Of a stretch of DNA of 64,000 bases, positions 51,110 through 61,656 are shown piece after piece. The DNA comes from a virus. The translations under genes were made by a program, and so were the position numbers. Below the pieces are notes generated by a model. That model was not told the DNA's origin, made no database searches, and saw only the letters and a list, made by a program, of their open reading frames with translations. The stretch is from positions 56,725 to 120,724 of the IMG/VR virus record IMGVR_UViG_3300035695_000002; one strand, 5' to 3'. How positions within the stretch are numbered: position 1 is the first letter of the stretch; the number at the start of each line of letters is the position of its first letter.

Positions 51110-52662
51110 TAAAATTGCGGAATTTCCTCTATGAGAACTGTACGAGATAGATCTTCGATGAAGACATCACAACGATCTTGCATCCAAAGTTCGTATCCTG
51201 GGAACTTGTTAGCAGAACTCATACCTTGTGATTTTGCAAATCCTAAGTGGTGACGTCTACCATCAATATATCCCCAAGTCATAGAAGGTTCACCTTCCAT
51301 ACGCACTTCACGAATATTGTTTACAAGAGAACCATCTGACATAGGAGATACATCAAATACAAAGAATACTGGTGTAGACTTCTTATTTTGACCGAATTCC
51401 AAGTTAGATTGAGGAAGATCAAGTTCTTTTAAGTGAACTAATTCCACCCTACCTGTTTCCCTTGTAACCATGCTGTCGAAGGCAAAGTTATAAGTGATGT
51501 GTTGACCTTCTCCTTGCATATAACGATTACCGCTATCTGCCATGAATGTCAATCCAGAGTTCAAAGCATCTGTTTTCAAAGCTTGCTGGAAGGTATCAAA
51601 TCCAGCTTCATTAGTGTACATTTTAACCCTACGGTCTTTAACATCCACCCTACGATAGAACAAGTCTCCAAATACACTACGGATTAAGTTAGCAGAGAAT
51701 TCTCCACGATTGTATTGTACAAGGTTTCCGTTATTACGCATTCTGTGATAAACACCAGCAGTAGTACGCTTAAGCTCTTGTTTAGAACCTTTGCTCTTCA
51801 CTGTTCCAGGCTTACCCCAAATCATCTTTTTCACCTTCAATTCCAGCATTGCTTTACGCATCCAGAATTCAATGAAAGGTTCCCATTTAATATCATTACG
51901 TGTAAGAGGGAGTTGGTTTCTACGTTGTGGAAGATATACAAGAATATCCAAAGGTTTTCCTGAGCTATCTTTCAACATTTTAGTATCTGCCCATGCTGTG
52001 ATTTTGTGTTCGAAACCATATCCTGAACCCAAAGATTCAAACATTGTGATTTTTTCACCCAAACGAGGAAGTCCTAGTAAATCTTGGTCAAATTCACCAA
52101 TTGATGCATCTACCAATTCTAGTTCCAAACCAATCTCCAAGAATACAGGAGCCACAAAATCCACTGTAGGATTGTCCGTTACTAATGTAAACGAATAAAG
52201 GTATCCCATGTTCCAAGGTTGAGGATCTCTAATTACATAGAAACGAGGACCGTATTGACGGCTACCTACAGAAACTATTGAATTTGCAGAAAATTCATTA
52301 GTATCAAGTACTAATGAAAATTCTTGTCCATCAATTCCTGGCTTACTAAGAGCCTGTGTTGTAACAGGAACATCTATAATTTTAGGGAATTTGTAAGGAA
52401 CGTTAACATCCCATTTCCATGCATCACTGTTTGTATCAATGTAGAATGGAGTGGATTTGTTAATCATGTCCAAAAAGTCATTGCTATACAACGAACTTTG
52501 GGTATACAAACTTATGATTTTTTTGTCATAGTTTGCAGGATCTGTAGAGTGAAAACTCTCCAAGTGATTAGCGTCTGTAAGCTTACCTACAGCACGTTTG
52601 TCCATAGAAGCTACCCTAGCATAGGTAAAACCAGTTAGTCCTGGGATTGTTTGAATTGCCAT
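51109..52662 (-). CDS. Major capsid protein (517 aa)
   Basis: Follows portal and scaffold; size and strong codon bias fit a crAss-like MCP. Confidence 0.8.
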   Translation of the reverse strand: MAIQTIPGLTGFTYARVASMDKRAVGKLTDANHLESFHSTDPANYDKKIISLYTQSSLYSNDFLDMINKSTPFYIDTNSDAWKWDVNVPYKFPKIIDVPVTTQALSKPGIDGQEFSLVLDTNEFSANSIVSVGSRQYGPRFYVIRDPQPWNMGYLYSFTLVTDNPTVDFVAPVFLEIGLELELVDASIGEFDQDLLGLPRLGEKITMFESLGSGYGFEHKITAWADTKMLKDSSGKPLDILVYLPQRRNQLPLTRNDIKWEPFIEFWMRKAMLELKVKKMIWGKPGTVKSKGSKQELKRTTAGVYHRMRNNGNLVQYNRGEFSANLIRSVFGDLFYRRVDVKDRRVKMYTNEAGFDTFQQALKTDALNSGLTFMADSGNRYMQGEGQHITYNFAFDSMVTRETGRVELVHLKELDLPQSNLEFGQNKKSTPVFFVFDVSPMSDGSLVNNIREVRMEGEPSMTWGYIDGRRHHLGFAKSQGMSSANKFPGYELWMQDRCDVFIEDLSRTVLIEEIPQF

Positions 52663-52686
52663 TTGTTATTTAGATTTTAAATTTAT

Positions 52687-54012
52687 TTATAAGTATTCAG
52701 AAAACAATGATTTTGAGTCTCCTGACTGCTTACTAGATTTCACCGAAGTTTTGCTGGATTGCTTCACCAGTTCACCAAATAAAGTGTTAGACTTTTTAGT
52801 GACACCTGATTTCTGAATTGTGGAGAGAGTAGGATCTTTTTCTAAGATTTTTAGAAGAAGGGCTATTTTCACCTTTGTTTCATGATTTTCAGGTCTTTTT
52901 AGTTCAAGTATTGTTCTATCGAAATCTGTTAAGGTTTCTCCAGAAGGAGTTTTCCACTTGTCTACTAAAAGGAAATCTTGTAGTTCGCCAGCCAACTTAG
53001 GATTGATGGGAATACCATCAAATTCTTTGTCTTTTAATTTATTTTGAAGAACTGTATTGACGTTCTTAACATACTGATTCTTTACTTCAGCTTGTTGTCT
53101 TAATTTAAGTTCACTTTCTTGTTCTAACTGAGAGAGTTTTTCTGCTTCCTTTTTAACTAGGATTTTCTGATATTTCTGAGACATATCCTCCAAATCCCCA
53201 TAATCTTTCAATTTTTGAATTTGACCTTCTACATCTGCTGGTTCAAAACCTTGTGTGACTAACCCTGCTCTGACAACCACTACTTGATTCTCTTCTTTAG
53301 TTAAATCTATTTCTGATAGATTTTCAATTTTATTGTATGTAGAGAAATATTCTTTTGGGTCTACTCCTTTTTCAAATATAGCTGAAAACGCATGTCTCCT
53401 ATCCTCTCCAAATTGGCTGATGAAATTGTTAACCATCTCCCTAGCTCCTTTTTCCTTTTCAAAATTGAACCTTTCAAGGAACTGTTCTGGGGTTTTAGCG
53501 ATTACATCATCCTCTTCGTCTTCTTTGGAAAATACTCCTAGGTTAAGCAATTCCTGGGATAGGACTTCAAACTGGTTCTTTTCACCACCCTCTTCTTGAC
53601 TATCCTCCTCCTTAGGAGCTTCTTCTGAAGTTTTGCTTTTGGTGGGTTTTTGTTTCTCTTCCTCATCACCTTCTTCAGAAGGTTCTTCCTCCTCTTCTTC
53701 TGTCTCTTTTCCTTCAAGAAGATTATTAAGTTTCCTGTCAGCTTCTTGTTTAGCCTTTACTCTTGCTTCCTCAGCAAGTTCTTTAGAAGACTTTTTATCA
53801 TCTGTTTTAGGAACTTCCTTTGTTTTTGAGATGGGTTTAGTCTTTTCTCCTTCTTCAATCTTCTCCAGTTCATCAGGAGAACCTGTTGCAGAGTCTGAAG
53901 CATAGAGTTCTTCAAGAAGTTCTTGATTTCCTGCCATCTCTATAGTATCGGAAATATTGAAATTTCCAAATAAGTCCTTAGAGGACTCAAGATTAGGTGC
54001 TTTCTCAGCCAT
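52687..54012 (-). CDS. Acidic scaffolding-like protein (441 aa)
   Basis: Highly acidic, coiled-coil, immediately upstream of the MCP. Confidence 0.65.
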   Translation of the reverse strand: MAEKAPNLESSKDLFGNFNISDTIEMAGNQELLEELYASDSATGSPDELEKIEEGEKTKPISKTKEVPKTDDKKSSKELAEEARVKAKQEADRKLNNLLEGKETEEEEEEPSEEGDEEEKQKPTKSKTSEEAPKEEDSQEEGGEKNQFEVLSQELLNLGVFSKEDEEDDVIAKTPEQFLERFNFEKEKGAREMVNNFISQFGEDRRHAFSAIFEKGVDPKEYFSTYNKIENLSEIDLTKEENQVVVVRAGLVTQGFEPADVEGQIQKLKDYGDLEDMSQKYQKILVKKEAEKLSQLEQESELKLRQQAEVKNQYVKNVNTVLQNKLKDKEFDGIPINPKLAGELQDFLLVDKWKTPSGETLTDFDRTILELKRPENHETKVKIALLLKILEKDPTLSTIQKSGVTKKSNTLFGELVKQSSKTSVKSSKQSGDSKSLFSEYL

Positions 54013-54137
54013 AAAATTTAGTTGTTTTCTGTTGGTTTTATATGTAAAAGTATGATAGATTTATGAAATAACAAAGAGAATATCCTCAGAATCAATGAAT
54101 TTACAAGATAATATAGCATTAAGGAAATTTACTCTAA

Positions 54138-54542
54138 TCAAATTTGTTTAGTTTTTCTATATAGTTTTTTATACCTAGCTATTGTAGAATGAACTTTGTT
54201 AACCACATCCTCTAAATAATAACATTCCATTTCATCATTCGTTATAGAAAGCTTATATCCATGCCAATTAAATAGAATATTTATAAGATGTTTCACTTCA
54301 TGGGCTATTTCCCCAGGTTTAGCCGAATATTTAAAGAAAAGCATATATTTCTTCTTTCCATCTTCTGCTTCATAAGCATAAGTGTATGCCTTAATGTTCT
54401 TCTTTTCTTCTTCTACAGCTATTTTTTCCGAAGTTTTATCTTCAGCATAGTCTATTGCTTGCCTTACAGTATTTCCTATTAACACCCATATAGTGACCTT
54501 GAACACAGGAAGCTTGAACTTGTGTAATAGGATTGGTTTCAT
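54138..54542 (-). CDS. Small zincin-like metallopeptidase (134 aa)
   Basis: IAHEVKH...NDEMECY (HExxH...E). Confidence 0.65.
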   Translation of the reverse strand: MKPILLHKFKLPVFKVTIWVLIGNTVRQAIDYAEDKTSEKIAVEEEKKNIKAYTYAYEAEDGKKKYMLFFKYSAKPGEIAHEVKHLINILFNWHGYKLSITNDEMECYYLEDVVNKVHSTIARYKKLYRKTKQI

Positions 54543-54551
54543 GTATTTATA

Positions 54552-57155
54552 TTACTTCTTAGGTTTCTTGGAAGCTGCTTGTTTTTTAGCTTTTAAGTTT
54601 AATTTCGCTATTGTTAAGTCATTTTCCATCTTCTTAGTCTCTACACCAAGCTTCTTCTCCTCTAAGGCTTTCTGGTCAGCAGCCTGTTTATTCTTGGAAG
54701 CCATATCAGAAAGCTTTAAATTATAGTCTTTTAAAGCACTTTCTTGGTCATGTATAAGTCTGGAAGCTTCTAAAACATCAGGAATATTATTTTGGTTCAA
54801 GTCTTCAGACTCTACCTTTCCAAACCCTGTAGCTTGAATAATAGCAATTTTCTCTTTAGACTCTCTATCCAGTTGTTTTTGATAGTCATCATGAGCAACT
54901 TGCTTATCATGTTGCTCTGCTGCCTGTTGTAATTGAGCTTGAGAAATACCAGCTTGTTGCTCAATTTCCTGTTGTTTCTGTTGTAATTGTTGATTTTGGA
55001 ATTCTTCTTGTCTTTCTTTAAGAACCTTGAAAGATTTTTGCATCTGTCTAATACTGTCTGTAGAATACAATTCTACAATATCGTATAAAGAAGCCCCATT
55101 CTGCATAGCAGGTTGAGCCAACATTCTGATTTCTTTAAATAACTCTCTGTCTTCAGCTCTGTTAGTAGGGAACACTTTTAAGTCCCTAAGTTTCAAATCT
55201 GTACCATTTACCTGTACAAAGGCAGATTCTCCTTTATTGGTAATATAGGACAATGTAGATTGTGGTTTCTGAGACTCCACATACAGGGAAGCGTCCATTA
55301 TGGCCTGATATACTTGTCTTATTACATACTCATGGGCTACAAATACAGGCTCTGTTTGAGAATAAGACTGTGTGATGGCAGCATTAGTGCCTGTAGCAGA
55401 TTCTGAAGCTGATACTGTACCAAGTCTTTGTTTAGACATACCTATGAGTTCCCAACACTCGTTCTTCATTTGTACAGCTAAATTGTATCTAGCTTGTATT
55501 TCATTAGTTCTTGTTAGATCTATATTTCCAGCTACAGATTGATTGGTGACAGGACCTTTGGTATTTTCTGGACTATCGTCATCAAACATTATACCTCTAC
55601 GTCTAGCCTCTAATTCCCACATATCAATATCATCTTGAGCATCTCCATCCTTCACCCTAGGAACTCTTCTTAAACTAACCCTGGCTACATTACCAATTTC
55701 CTTCTTTAAAAGCTCAAACATCTGATTCATACAGACGTTATATATTACTTGGAAAGGTTTCATCATATCCACTAAGGACTTAGCCTCAGTATTCTTCACC
55801 TCATAGTTTATCCCTATAATAGGACAATAATCTAAGAGTTTGTAAGGCTTAATATGATAGATGTCTGGACCAATTTTAACACCTTGATACCATTGATTCA
55901 CCCATCCCCATTCTAGTGATATTTGTGTGGGAATTGTCTTGTTTTTATAGTTTTCGTCTACGAGAATAGATTGTTCGTTCCCTAATTCATCCTCATATAT
56001 AACCTTTCCTATCTTTCTTTTACTAATCCAATAAGCCCTAACTACTACATATTTATATCCGAATGAAGAAACATTAGATGTAAGTCCTAGGAAATCCTTT
56101 AAACTATCATTATTTTCCTTCATATCACTTTCTATCATCATTCTTTCTTCAAGAATAAGAGGATCAAAAGTGTCATATTTTATGGAATCTATACCTGGAG
56201 CCACACTAGAATTACCCAAATTAGACTCTCTTACATTAATAAGACCATAATCTTGAAGAGAAGATCTAAGGTGATCTATTTCATCTTTGGTAATATCTGG
56301 GAAGGTTTCTATGATTTCAGAGATTTCCATTACATGAACACCTCCAGCAGCATAAGCTCCTCTTGCTCTACCACTAGGATCTGATGTATATTTCCTATCA
56401 GGAGTGGAAAGAAACCATGTATTCTTGGGATTGAACACTTCTATATTAAACCCTGTTTTTGAGTTATCCTCATATATATGGAAATATTCCCTAGCAGAAA
56501 TACACATATCCCTATATCCATCTTCACTTAATTCCTTTATATTGAAGTCTGCTTTAGAACATGTTAATATATGATTTCCCCACTTTTCAGCAGTGGAGGT
56601 GTAACTGTCTAGTTCATCTTTTACATCATCTAAGGTCATTTGTTGAAGTTGATCATCATCAACTTCCTGTCCTTCCATAGCCAGTTTTTCTTCTATTCTT
56701 TGTTTGGCTTGTGCCACCACAAATTGCTGCAATATCTGGGTTTTAAACTCTAATTCTTCAGCTTTACTATCATCATCGAAAGCTTTTACTTTATATCCAT
56801 CTGGTCTTTTAGAGAGTTCTCCAACTAGTTCATTAATAGGAGTAGTGAGAATGGAATAGTGTTTTACGTAAGCAGGGAGGTCTAAATCTCTAGTAAGAGT
56901 TTCTGTGAAACTGCTCACTTCTGGAGTTTCATAGAAATCCTCATGTCTAAGTATACCTTTTACTAAATCGTAGTTTTTAACAAAGGTGTCCCTGTTTTTC
57001 TTATATTCTACATATGCCTTATTAGCAAAGTAGTCCATAGTGTTCTTTATCCAACTATCGTCCTTCTTCTCCTCTTCAGTTTTAAACTGATCAGGGAAGA
57101 TGTTCAGATAGGCATATCTGATTGTAGCATCCTTTGTATATCTAATAATCGCCAT
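54552..57155 (-). CDS. Portal protein (867 aa)
   Basis: Follows TerL; SLVDMMKPFQVIYN and IGMSKQRLG motifs; Gln-rich coiled-coil C terminus. Confidence 0.85.
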   Translation of the reverse strand: MAIIRYTKDATIRYAYLNIFPDQFKTEEEKKDDSWIKNTMDYFANKAYVEYKKNRDTFVKNYDLVKGILRHEDFYETPEVSSFTETLTRDLDLPAYVKHYSILTTPINELVGELSKRPDGYKVKAFDDDSKAEELEFKTQILQQFVVAQAKQRIEEKLAMEGQEVDDDQLQQMTLDDVKDELDSYTSTAEKWGNHILTCSKADFNIKELSEDGYRDMCISAREYFHIYEDNSKTGFNIEVFNPKNTWFLSTPDRKYTSDPSGRARGAYAAGGVHVMEISEIIETFPDITKDEIDHLRSSLQDYGLINVRESNLGNSSVAPGIDSIKYDTFDPLILEERMMIESDMKENNDSLKDFLGLTSNVSSFGYKYVVVRAYWISKRKIGKVIYEDELGNEQSILVDENYKNKTIPTQISLEWGWVNQWYQGVKIGPDIYHIKPYKLLDYCPIIGINYEVKNTEAKSLVDMMKPFQVIYNVCMNQMFELLKKEIGNVARVSLRRVPRVKDGDAQDDIDMWELEARRRGIMFDDDSPENTKGPVTNQSVAGNIDLTRTNEIQARYNLAVQMKNECWELIGMSKQRLGTVSASESATGTNAAITQSYSQTEPVFVAHEYVIRQVYQAIMDASLYVESQKPQSTLSYITNKGESAFVQVNGTDLKLRDLKVFPTNRAEDRELFKEIRMLAQPAMQNGASLYDIVELYSTDSIRQMQKSFKVLKERQEEFQNQQLQQKQQEIEQQAGISQAQLQQAAEQHDKQVAHDDYQKQLDRESKEKIAIIQATGFGKVESEDLNQNNIPDVLEASRLIHDQESALKDYNLKLSDMASKNKQAADQKALEEKKLGVETKKMENDLTIAKLNLKAKKQAASKKPKK

Positions 57156-59185
57156 TATCCAAATAATTTAATTTTTCTTCTTTGTGTAAATAAGCTTGGA
57201 GTTTCTCCAAATAGTGTGGGTGCTTGTTTCCTTTCCTTTGAATACAGTTGTTTCACCATATCGTTACTCTGGGTAGCTTTCCCATATATAGGGTCCATTT
57301 TCATAGCTTGTGCTATAGCCAATTCTGCTGCTACAATCCTGTCAAAGTTCCCCTCATCATTATATTGTATCATTTCTTCAAGAAGCATAGGATCTAATAT
57401 CTTATGCATTCCTGTTACTTGTTTTATAATGTTTCCTTCTTTATCCTTTTCCTCATATATCACTTCTTCTGTATACTTCTTAAGACATCCATGTAGGAAG
57501 TCTATGAACTTGTCTGAGGATCTGGAAACTCCAAAATCCCTACTTTGAGTGGTATTAGGTATGATTTCTTTTATCCATTCAGGTTGCTTCTCCAGATAAT
57601 GAGCATCCCCTTTGGCTTTCATATATTCTATAAACGATATATCATCATTCTCACATAACGTTCTAGCATTATAATACTTTATAAGAAGTCTAGCTTGTTC
57701 TTCCCATGTTTCTTTTTTATCAGGTCTAGCTACATAAGAAGCTACAAACATATCCTGGTACTTTTCTCCAGTGATGTCATGCATCCTTTTGTATATATAA
57801 ATGGCCCCTAGAGACGTACTATAAGCTGCTTTCCCTTGTCTATAAGGGTCAGCTCCTGCTGTACAAAGTCCATAGATAGCTCCTAATACAGGGAACTCAT
57901 ATATAACTATAGGAGCATCTTTATCGTCTGAAGGTTTTAAAGGGAAGTTAGTGATAGGTTGCTTGTCTGTAAAACTGTGCTCTATACCGTTCTCCCCTGC
58001 AAATAATATAACAGGAGTGCCTGTTCTTTCCTGTTGTAACAGTCTGGCTTTCTGCCTTTTAGCTGCCTCTATATCAAATATATTGGTATTTTCATTTAAG
58101 AAAATGTCATCCACTGTTTTAGGATAGTACATTTTCTCCTTAAGATAGGCTATTCTATCTCCAGCTTTCTTAGCTCTTTTTAGATTGTCATCTGTAATTT
58201 TTTCAGCTATTTCCTCATCACTTACCAACATCTCCATTTTCTTTAGTTCTGGAGAATCTATCTGTAAGTAGTCTGCTAGCGTGGAAGGTCTTTTAGCTTC
58301 CATTCTATATTTGTGTCCAAGGAACAATCCGTGAACCCTTTTATCATCTTCTTTATTATTGTAGGATAGGAAATTGAAAGCTTCTACATCAAACATTAAA
58401 AGTTTAGCATCTGCAAACTTTGTCATATCCCCTCCTGTGAAGGTGACTATTGGCGAGCATCCCCATCCATAAGGGGTGGTAAATCCAGGAATAGCAGCCT
58501 GAAGACCTCTTAAGAAAGAGCCTTTTCCTCCTTCATCTATAATTAGTTTTCTGGGTTTTGTACCAGCAATAGCTTCCTCATTATTACCTTCATCTAAGTT
58601 CCTTATAAGGATGGCTGAGAAAGGTATCCGTTCTCCTGCTTTAGTTTTAACTCCTAGAGTTACTTGATTCTTCCAATTATCCTCAATTCTTTGCCATCTC
58701 CAAGCCTCAGGAATGAAATTAAGTCCTTTGTCTATCTTATCTGTAACTAGCTTTATATCTGGGGAATTTAATCCTGATATAACATTCTGAGAGTTTTCAT
58801 CAAATGTGGCTCCCCATCCTATGTAAGAGGCTTCTATTACAGACTTAGCTAAACGTCTAATACCTCCTATAGCAAGTCCTTTCTTTTCTACATGAGCTTT
58901 CTCAATAGCCTCTGTAACTATCCATTCATTGTCCCTAAGATAGGGGTTGGCATACTTCTGGGATATTTTTCCTTTCTCGTCTATAATATCTACCTCTGTA
59001 TGCCATATGTTCAAGTGCCAATACAAAAAGGGGTTGAAATAAACCCCTCCCACTATACATCCATTTAAACATAGTTCCTTATGAAAATTAAAGAACTCTT
59101 TATACTCCATAGATCCCTTATCAGGAATGCGTTTCTGGTTAATAAACCAGTCTTTGTAGTCTATGGATTTTACGTCATTGTTCAT
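57155..59185 (-). CDS. terL: Terminase large subunit
   Basis: RRLAKS (Walker A-like), LIIDEGGK (Walker B), TGG, GADPY and NFDRI nuclease motifs. Confidence 0.9.
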   Translation of the reverse strand: MNNDVKSIDYKDWFINQKRIPDKGSMEYKEFFNFHKELCLNGCIVGGVYFNPFLYWHLNIWHTEVDIIDEKGKISQKYANPYLRDNEWIVTEAIEKAHVEKKGLAIGGIRRLAKSVIEASYIGWGATFDENSQNVISGLNSPDIKLVTDKIDKGLNFIPEAWRWQRIEDNWKNQVTLGVKTKAGERIPFSAILIRNLDEGNNEEAIAGTKPRKLIIDEGGKGSFLRGLQAAIPGFTTPYGWGCSPIVTFTGGDMTKFADAKLLMFDVEAFNFLSYNNKEDDKRVHGLFLGHKYRMEAKRPSTLADYLQIDSPELKKMEMLVSDEEIAEKITDDNLKRAKKAGDRIAYLKEKMYYPKTVDDIFLNENTNIFDIEAAKRQKARLLQQERTGTPVILFAGENGIEHSFTDKQPITNFPLKPSDDKDAPIVIYEFPVLGAIYGLCTAGADPYRQGKAAYSTSLGAIYIYKRMHDITGEKYQDMFVASYVARPDKKETWEEQARLLIKYYNARTLCENDDISFIEYMKAKGDAHYLEKQPEWIKEIIPNTTQSRDFGVSRSSDKFIDFLHGCLKKYTEEVIYEEKDKEGNIIKQVTGMHKILDPMLLEEMIQYNDEGNFDRIVAAELAIAQAMKMDPIYGKATQSNDMVKQLYSKERKQAPTLFGETPSLFTQRRKIKLFG

Positions 59186-59514
59186 CCTCTTCCTTTAAGA
59201 AACTCACTAGCTTGTGTAGAAAGCTCTCCTTTTCCTCTAATTTCAATCTTTTGTTCTTCCTTCTCCCTCATACTGTCTACTGTACGTAAGATTTCAGCAT
59301 AGTCTTTTAAAGCTTGGGAAAGATCTTTCCTTTGAGCTTCTTTGTTAGCTACACAAATAGGAATAACTCCTCCTCCTTTAGTTTCCTTGTAAGCCATCCT
59401 ATCCTTAAGTTCTGAGAGAGGATTGGCTTCTATATACTTCTTTAATTCCTTTAGTTGAGTTTCAAGGAATTCAAGTTCATATTCAATAAGTAGTTCAGCT
59501 TTCTTTTTAGCCAT
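59182..59514 (-). CDS. Terminase small subunit candidate (110 aa)
   Basis: Helical, directly upstream of terL, C-terminal IRGKGE. Confidence 0.5.
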   Translation of the reverse strand: MAKKKAELLIEYELEFLETQLKELKKYIEANPLSELKDRMAYKETKGGGVIPICVANKEAQRKDLSQALKDYAEILRTVDSMREKEEQKIEIRGKGELSTQASEFLKGRG

Positions 59515-59828
59515 TATTCGTATATATTCTGTTCTCTAATATCTTCATCCTCCTCGTCTTCTCCTAATACATTAGATAGGGATAGGTCCATACCGTCTTT
59601 TATTATCTTATCTAGTTCCTCAGGAGCAGCTAAAGGGGCTTCTAGTTCTAATTGCACTTTGTATTTTTCTAAGGCAAATAAGAACTCCTTATCTGTTATC
59701 CCCCAAAAATCCCTATAGTCTCCTAGAGCTGTAGCAATATGCATACCCATTGTGTATGTGGGATATTTAGTTTGTAGCTCCTGCAGAGTGTGAATTATGT
59801 GATTGTAGTGTTTTGGTTTCCTTCCCAT
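59514..59828 (-). CDS. Hypothetical protein (104 aa)
   Basis: ORF track and operon packing. Confidence 0.7.
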   Translation of the reverse strand: MGRKPKHYNHIIHTLQELQTKYPTYTMGMHIATALGDYRDFWGITDKEFLFALEKYKVQLELEAPLAAPEELDKIIKDGMDLSLSNVLGEDEEDEDIREQNIYE

Positions 59829-59830
59829 AC

Positions 59831-60118
59831 CTATAAAATTAAATCGTTTATATCTTTGTCTGTTAGTTTGAATGTCACTCTAGGAGCTGGTTTGGAAATA
59901 ATTTCTTCCTCTTCCTCTTGTACAAATCCTGTTTCAAATGTCTCCTTATATTCTTCATCCATATATGATTTACAGAAAGAGAAGCATATTTCATCCTGCT
60001 CATCTCCTTGTTTCCCAGAAATGTCAACATAATCCACACCCTTGTCATAAAGCATTGTTAATGTCTCTATCATAGACATCACATTTATCATTCTAAATTC
60101 ATGCTTTTGCTCTTCCAT
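59831..60118 (-). CDS. Hypothetical acidic protein (95 aa)
   Basis: ORF track and operon packing. Confidence 0.7.
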   Translation of the reverse strand: MEEQKHEFRMINVMSMIETLTMLYDKGVDYVDISGKQGDEQDEICFSFCKSYMDEEYKETFETGFVQEEEEEIISKPAPRVTFKLTDKDINDLIL

Positions 60119-60121
60119 ATA

Positions 60122-60445
60122 TCACTTGTTTAGTTTGTTATTTAATAGTTCTTCCTGTTGTGGTGTAGAAACTGCAAGCCATTTATTGGCTGGGCAACTA
60201 CAAGAAAGACATTTGGTTTTCTTTTGTAAAGGACATCCACACCCTTGAAATCCGTCTATTTTAACATGCTTATTACAGCACGGAGCTGTCAAAGGTAGAG
60301 CGCACCCTTCTCCTTTTTCATCATAAGCTATACAGGTTTTACATATAGCTAGTCTGTCTTCACTAGTTTGATTAATTAGTTCTCTTAGTTTTTCCGAAGG
60401 AAGAATGTCATTTTTCCACCCTTCAAATATCTCACTCCACTTCAT
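60122..60445 (-). CDS. Cys-rich zinc-binding protein (107 aa)
   Basis: RLAICKTC...CC...GCGCPLQKKTKCLSCSCPANKW. Confidence 0.7.
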   Translation of the reverse strand: MKWSEIFEGWKNDILPSEKLRELINQTSEDRLAICKTCIAYDEKGEGCALPLTAPCCNKHVKIDGFQGCGCPLQKKTKCLSCSCPANKWLAVSTPQQEELLNNKLNK

Positions 60446-60791
60446 TTAGTTTCAACTTGGTTTTTAATACTTCTATATCCTTTAACGTATTATTTAGTTT
60501 GTTTGTATAGGATTGCCTTTTCTGCTCTGTTAGAGACATGTCTTTAGACAGAGTTTCAAAGAATATCTTTTTAGAATATGCCTTTTCTAGCTTCCTTGTA
60601 GCTGCTTTGGTTTTAAATACAAACTTCCCAAACCCTGAAAGCTCCACACTATAGTTGTTTTTCAAAGCCTCATTGGCTTTCTCAAACTGATGAGACACAA
60701 TAGCATCTATTGTAGCTAAAGGTGTGTTGGTCTTTATACTCAACATCCTACATAAATAGTCCTTGTCGGACATCGAAATAGGCTTATCCAT
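60432..60791 (-). CDS. HU/IHF-like DNA-binding protein (probable start MDKPIS)
   Basis: ALKNNYSVELSGFGKF HU-like signature. Confidence 0.65.
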   Translation of the reverse strand: MDKPISMSDKDYLCRMLSIKTNTPLATIDAIVSHQFEKANEALKNNYSVELSGFGKFVFKTKAATRKLEKAYSKKIFFETLSKDMSLTEQKRQSYTNKLNNTLKDIEVLKTKLKLNEVE

Positions 60792-61143
60792 GTAGGATGG
60801 AGATTTGTAACACAACATCCTTATCAAAATCTAGGAGAAATTGAGGATTCACCTTTATCTTTCCACTTTCCTTTACAAGGATGTTCACCTTCTTAAGCTT
60901 AGAAATGATGTTATTAATTGTAGGGGAAGATGACTTATAGAGGGAACAAAACTCTTCTCTATTGGTAGAATATGATATATTCCCTTTAATAGCTGTAAAG
61001 GCTATTAATTGTATCTCCCTTTCTGTCAATTTTGTATTACTAATAGCCGACAATAAACTGTAATATCTCTGGGCTATTGATAAACTATCCTTCTCTGAAA
61101 GCTTAATTTTCTGTAAAAGTGTTTTTCTATCCTTGGTTTCCAT
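60784..61143 (-). CDS. Winged-helix-like DNA-binding protein (probable start METKDRK)
   Basis: LTEREIQL...SSPTINNIISKLKKVNILVK...KVNP. Confidence 0.6.
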   Translation of the reverse strand: METKDRKTLLQKIKLSEKDSLSIAQRYYSLLSAISNTKLTEREIQLIAFTAIKGNISYSTNREEFCSLYKSSSPTINNIISKLKKVNILVKESGKIKVNPQFLLDFDKDVVLQISILHG

Positions 61144-61157
61144 ACGTAATTCTAATA

Positions 61158-61188
61158 CAAATGTAGGAGGAATTATTCTAACTAACAA
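61158..61188 (-). promoter_or_regulatory. Bacteroidota-type promoter for the packaging/head operon
   Basis: TTG-N20-TACATTTG upstream of the ATG at 61143. Confidence 0.65.
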
Positions 61189-61227
61189 GAATAATTATAA
61201 ATAAATGCCATATTATGTCAAGAATTC

Positions 61228-61332
61228 CTATTTGAATAACTCAGCTATTGTATTTATTACCACTGCTGCTATAAGGAATACTATCCTATACATGACCAAT
61301 CCTATCATTATTACTATAATTGCTCCTACCAT
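61228..61332 (-). CDS. 34-aa hydrophobic membrane peptide missed by the ORF track
   Basis: MVGAIIVIMIGLVMYRIVFLIAAVVINTIAELFK*, directly downstream of tRNA-Cys. Confidence 0.5.
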   Translation of the reverse strand: MVGAIIVIMIGLVMYRIVFLIAAVVINTIAELFK

Positions 61333-61347
61333 ATTGTTTAAATTTAG

Positions 61348-61418
61348 AATCAGGAGTGAGGTTCGAACTCACGTAATAGGTTTTGCAGACCTATGTTTAA
61401 CCACTCAACCATCCTGAT
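61348..61418 (-). tRNA. tRNA-Cys (GCA)
   Basis: Anticodon arm TAGGT-CTGCAAA-ACCTA; T-loop TTCGAAC. Confidence 0.9.
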
Positions 61419-61579
61419 ATTGCTTATCTGGAATTTCAAAGCCCTATATATTCCCAAGACCCTGCCACCCATCCCCAAAGTTACTGCCTTTTATGGGAGG
61501 ATTGCAAATAACATTCTAAGTTATTTTCTAACTATTTGATAATGAGGAGGAATAATTTCAAGTGAACACTTGACAAAAG

Positions 61580-61651
61580 TGCAGTAAGTGAGACTTGAAC
61601 TCACAGCCCTTGGTTTGGAAGACCAATGCTCTACCTTGGAGCTATTACTGC
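61580..61651 (-). tRNA. tRNA-Gly (TCC)
   Basis: TTGGT-CTTCCAA-ACCAA. Confidence 0.9.
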
Positions 61652-61656
61652 ATATG

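Noticed and set aside
57155-59185. Intein or intron in the terminase, portal or RNAP genes
   Set aside because: The frames are continuous, TerL and portal have ordinary lengths, and no intein splice or LAGLIDADG motifs were seen.
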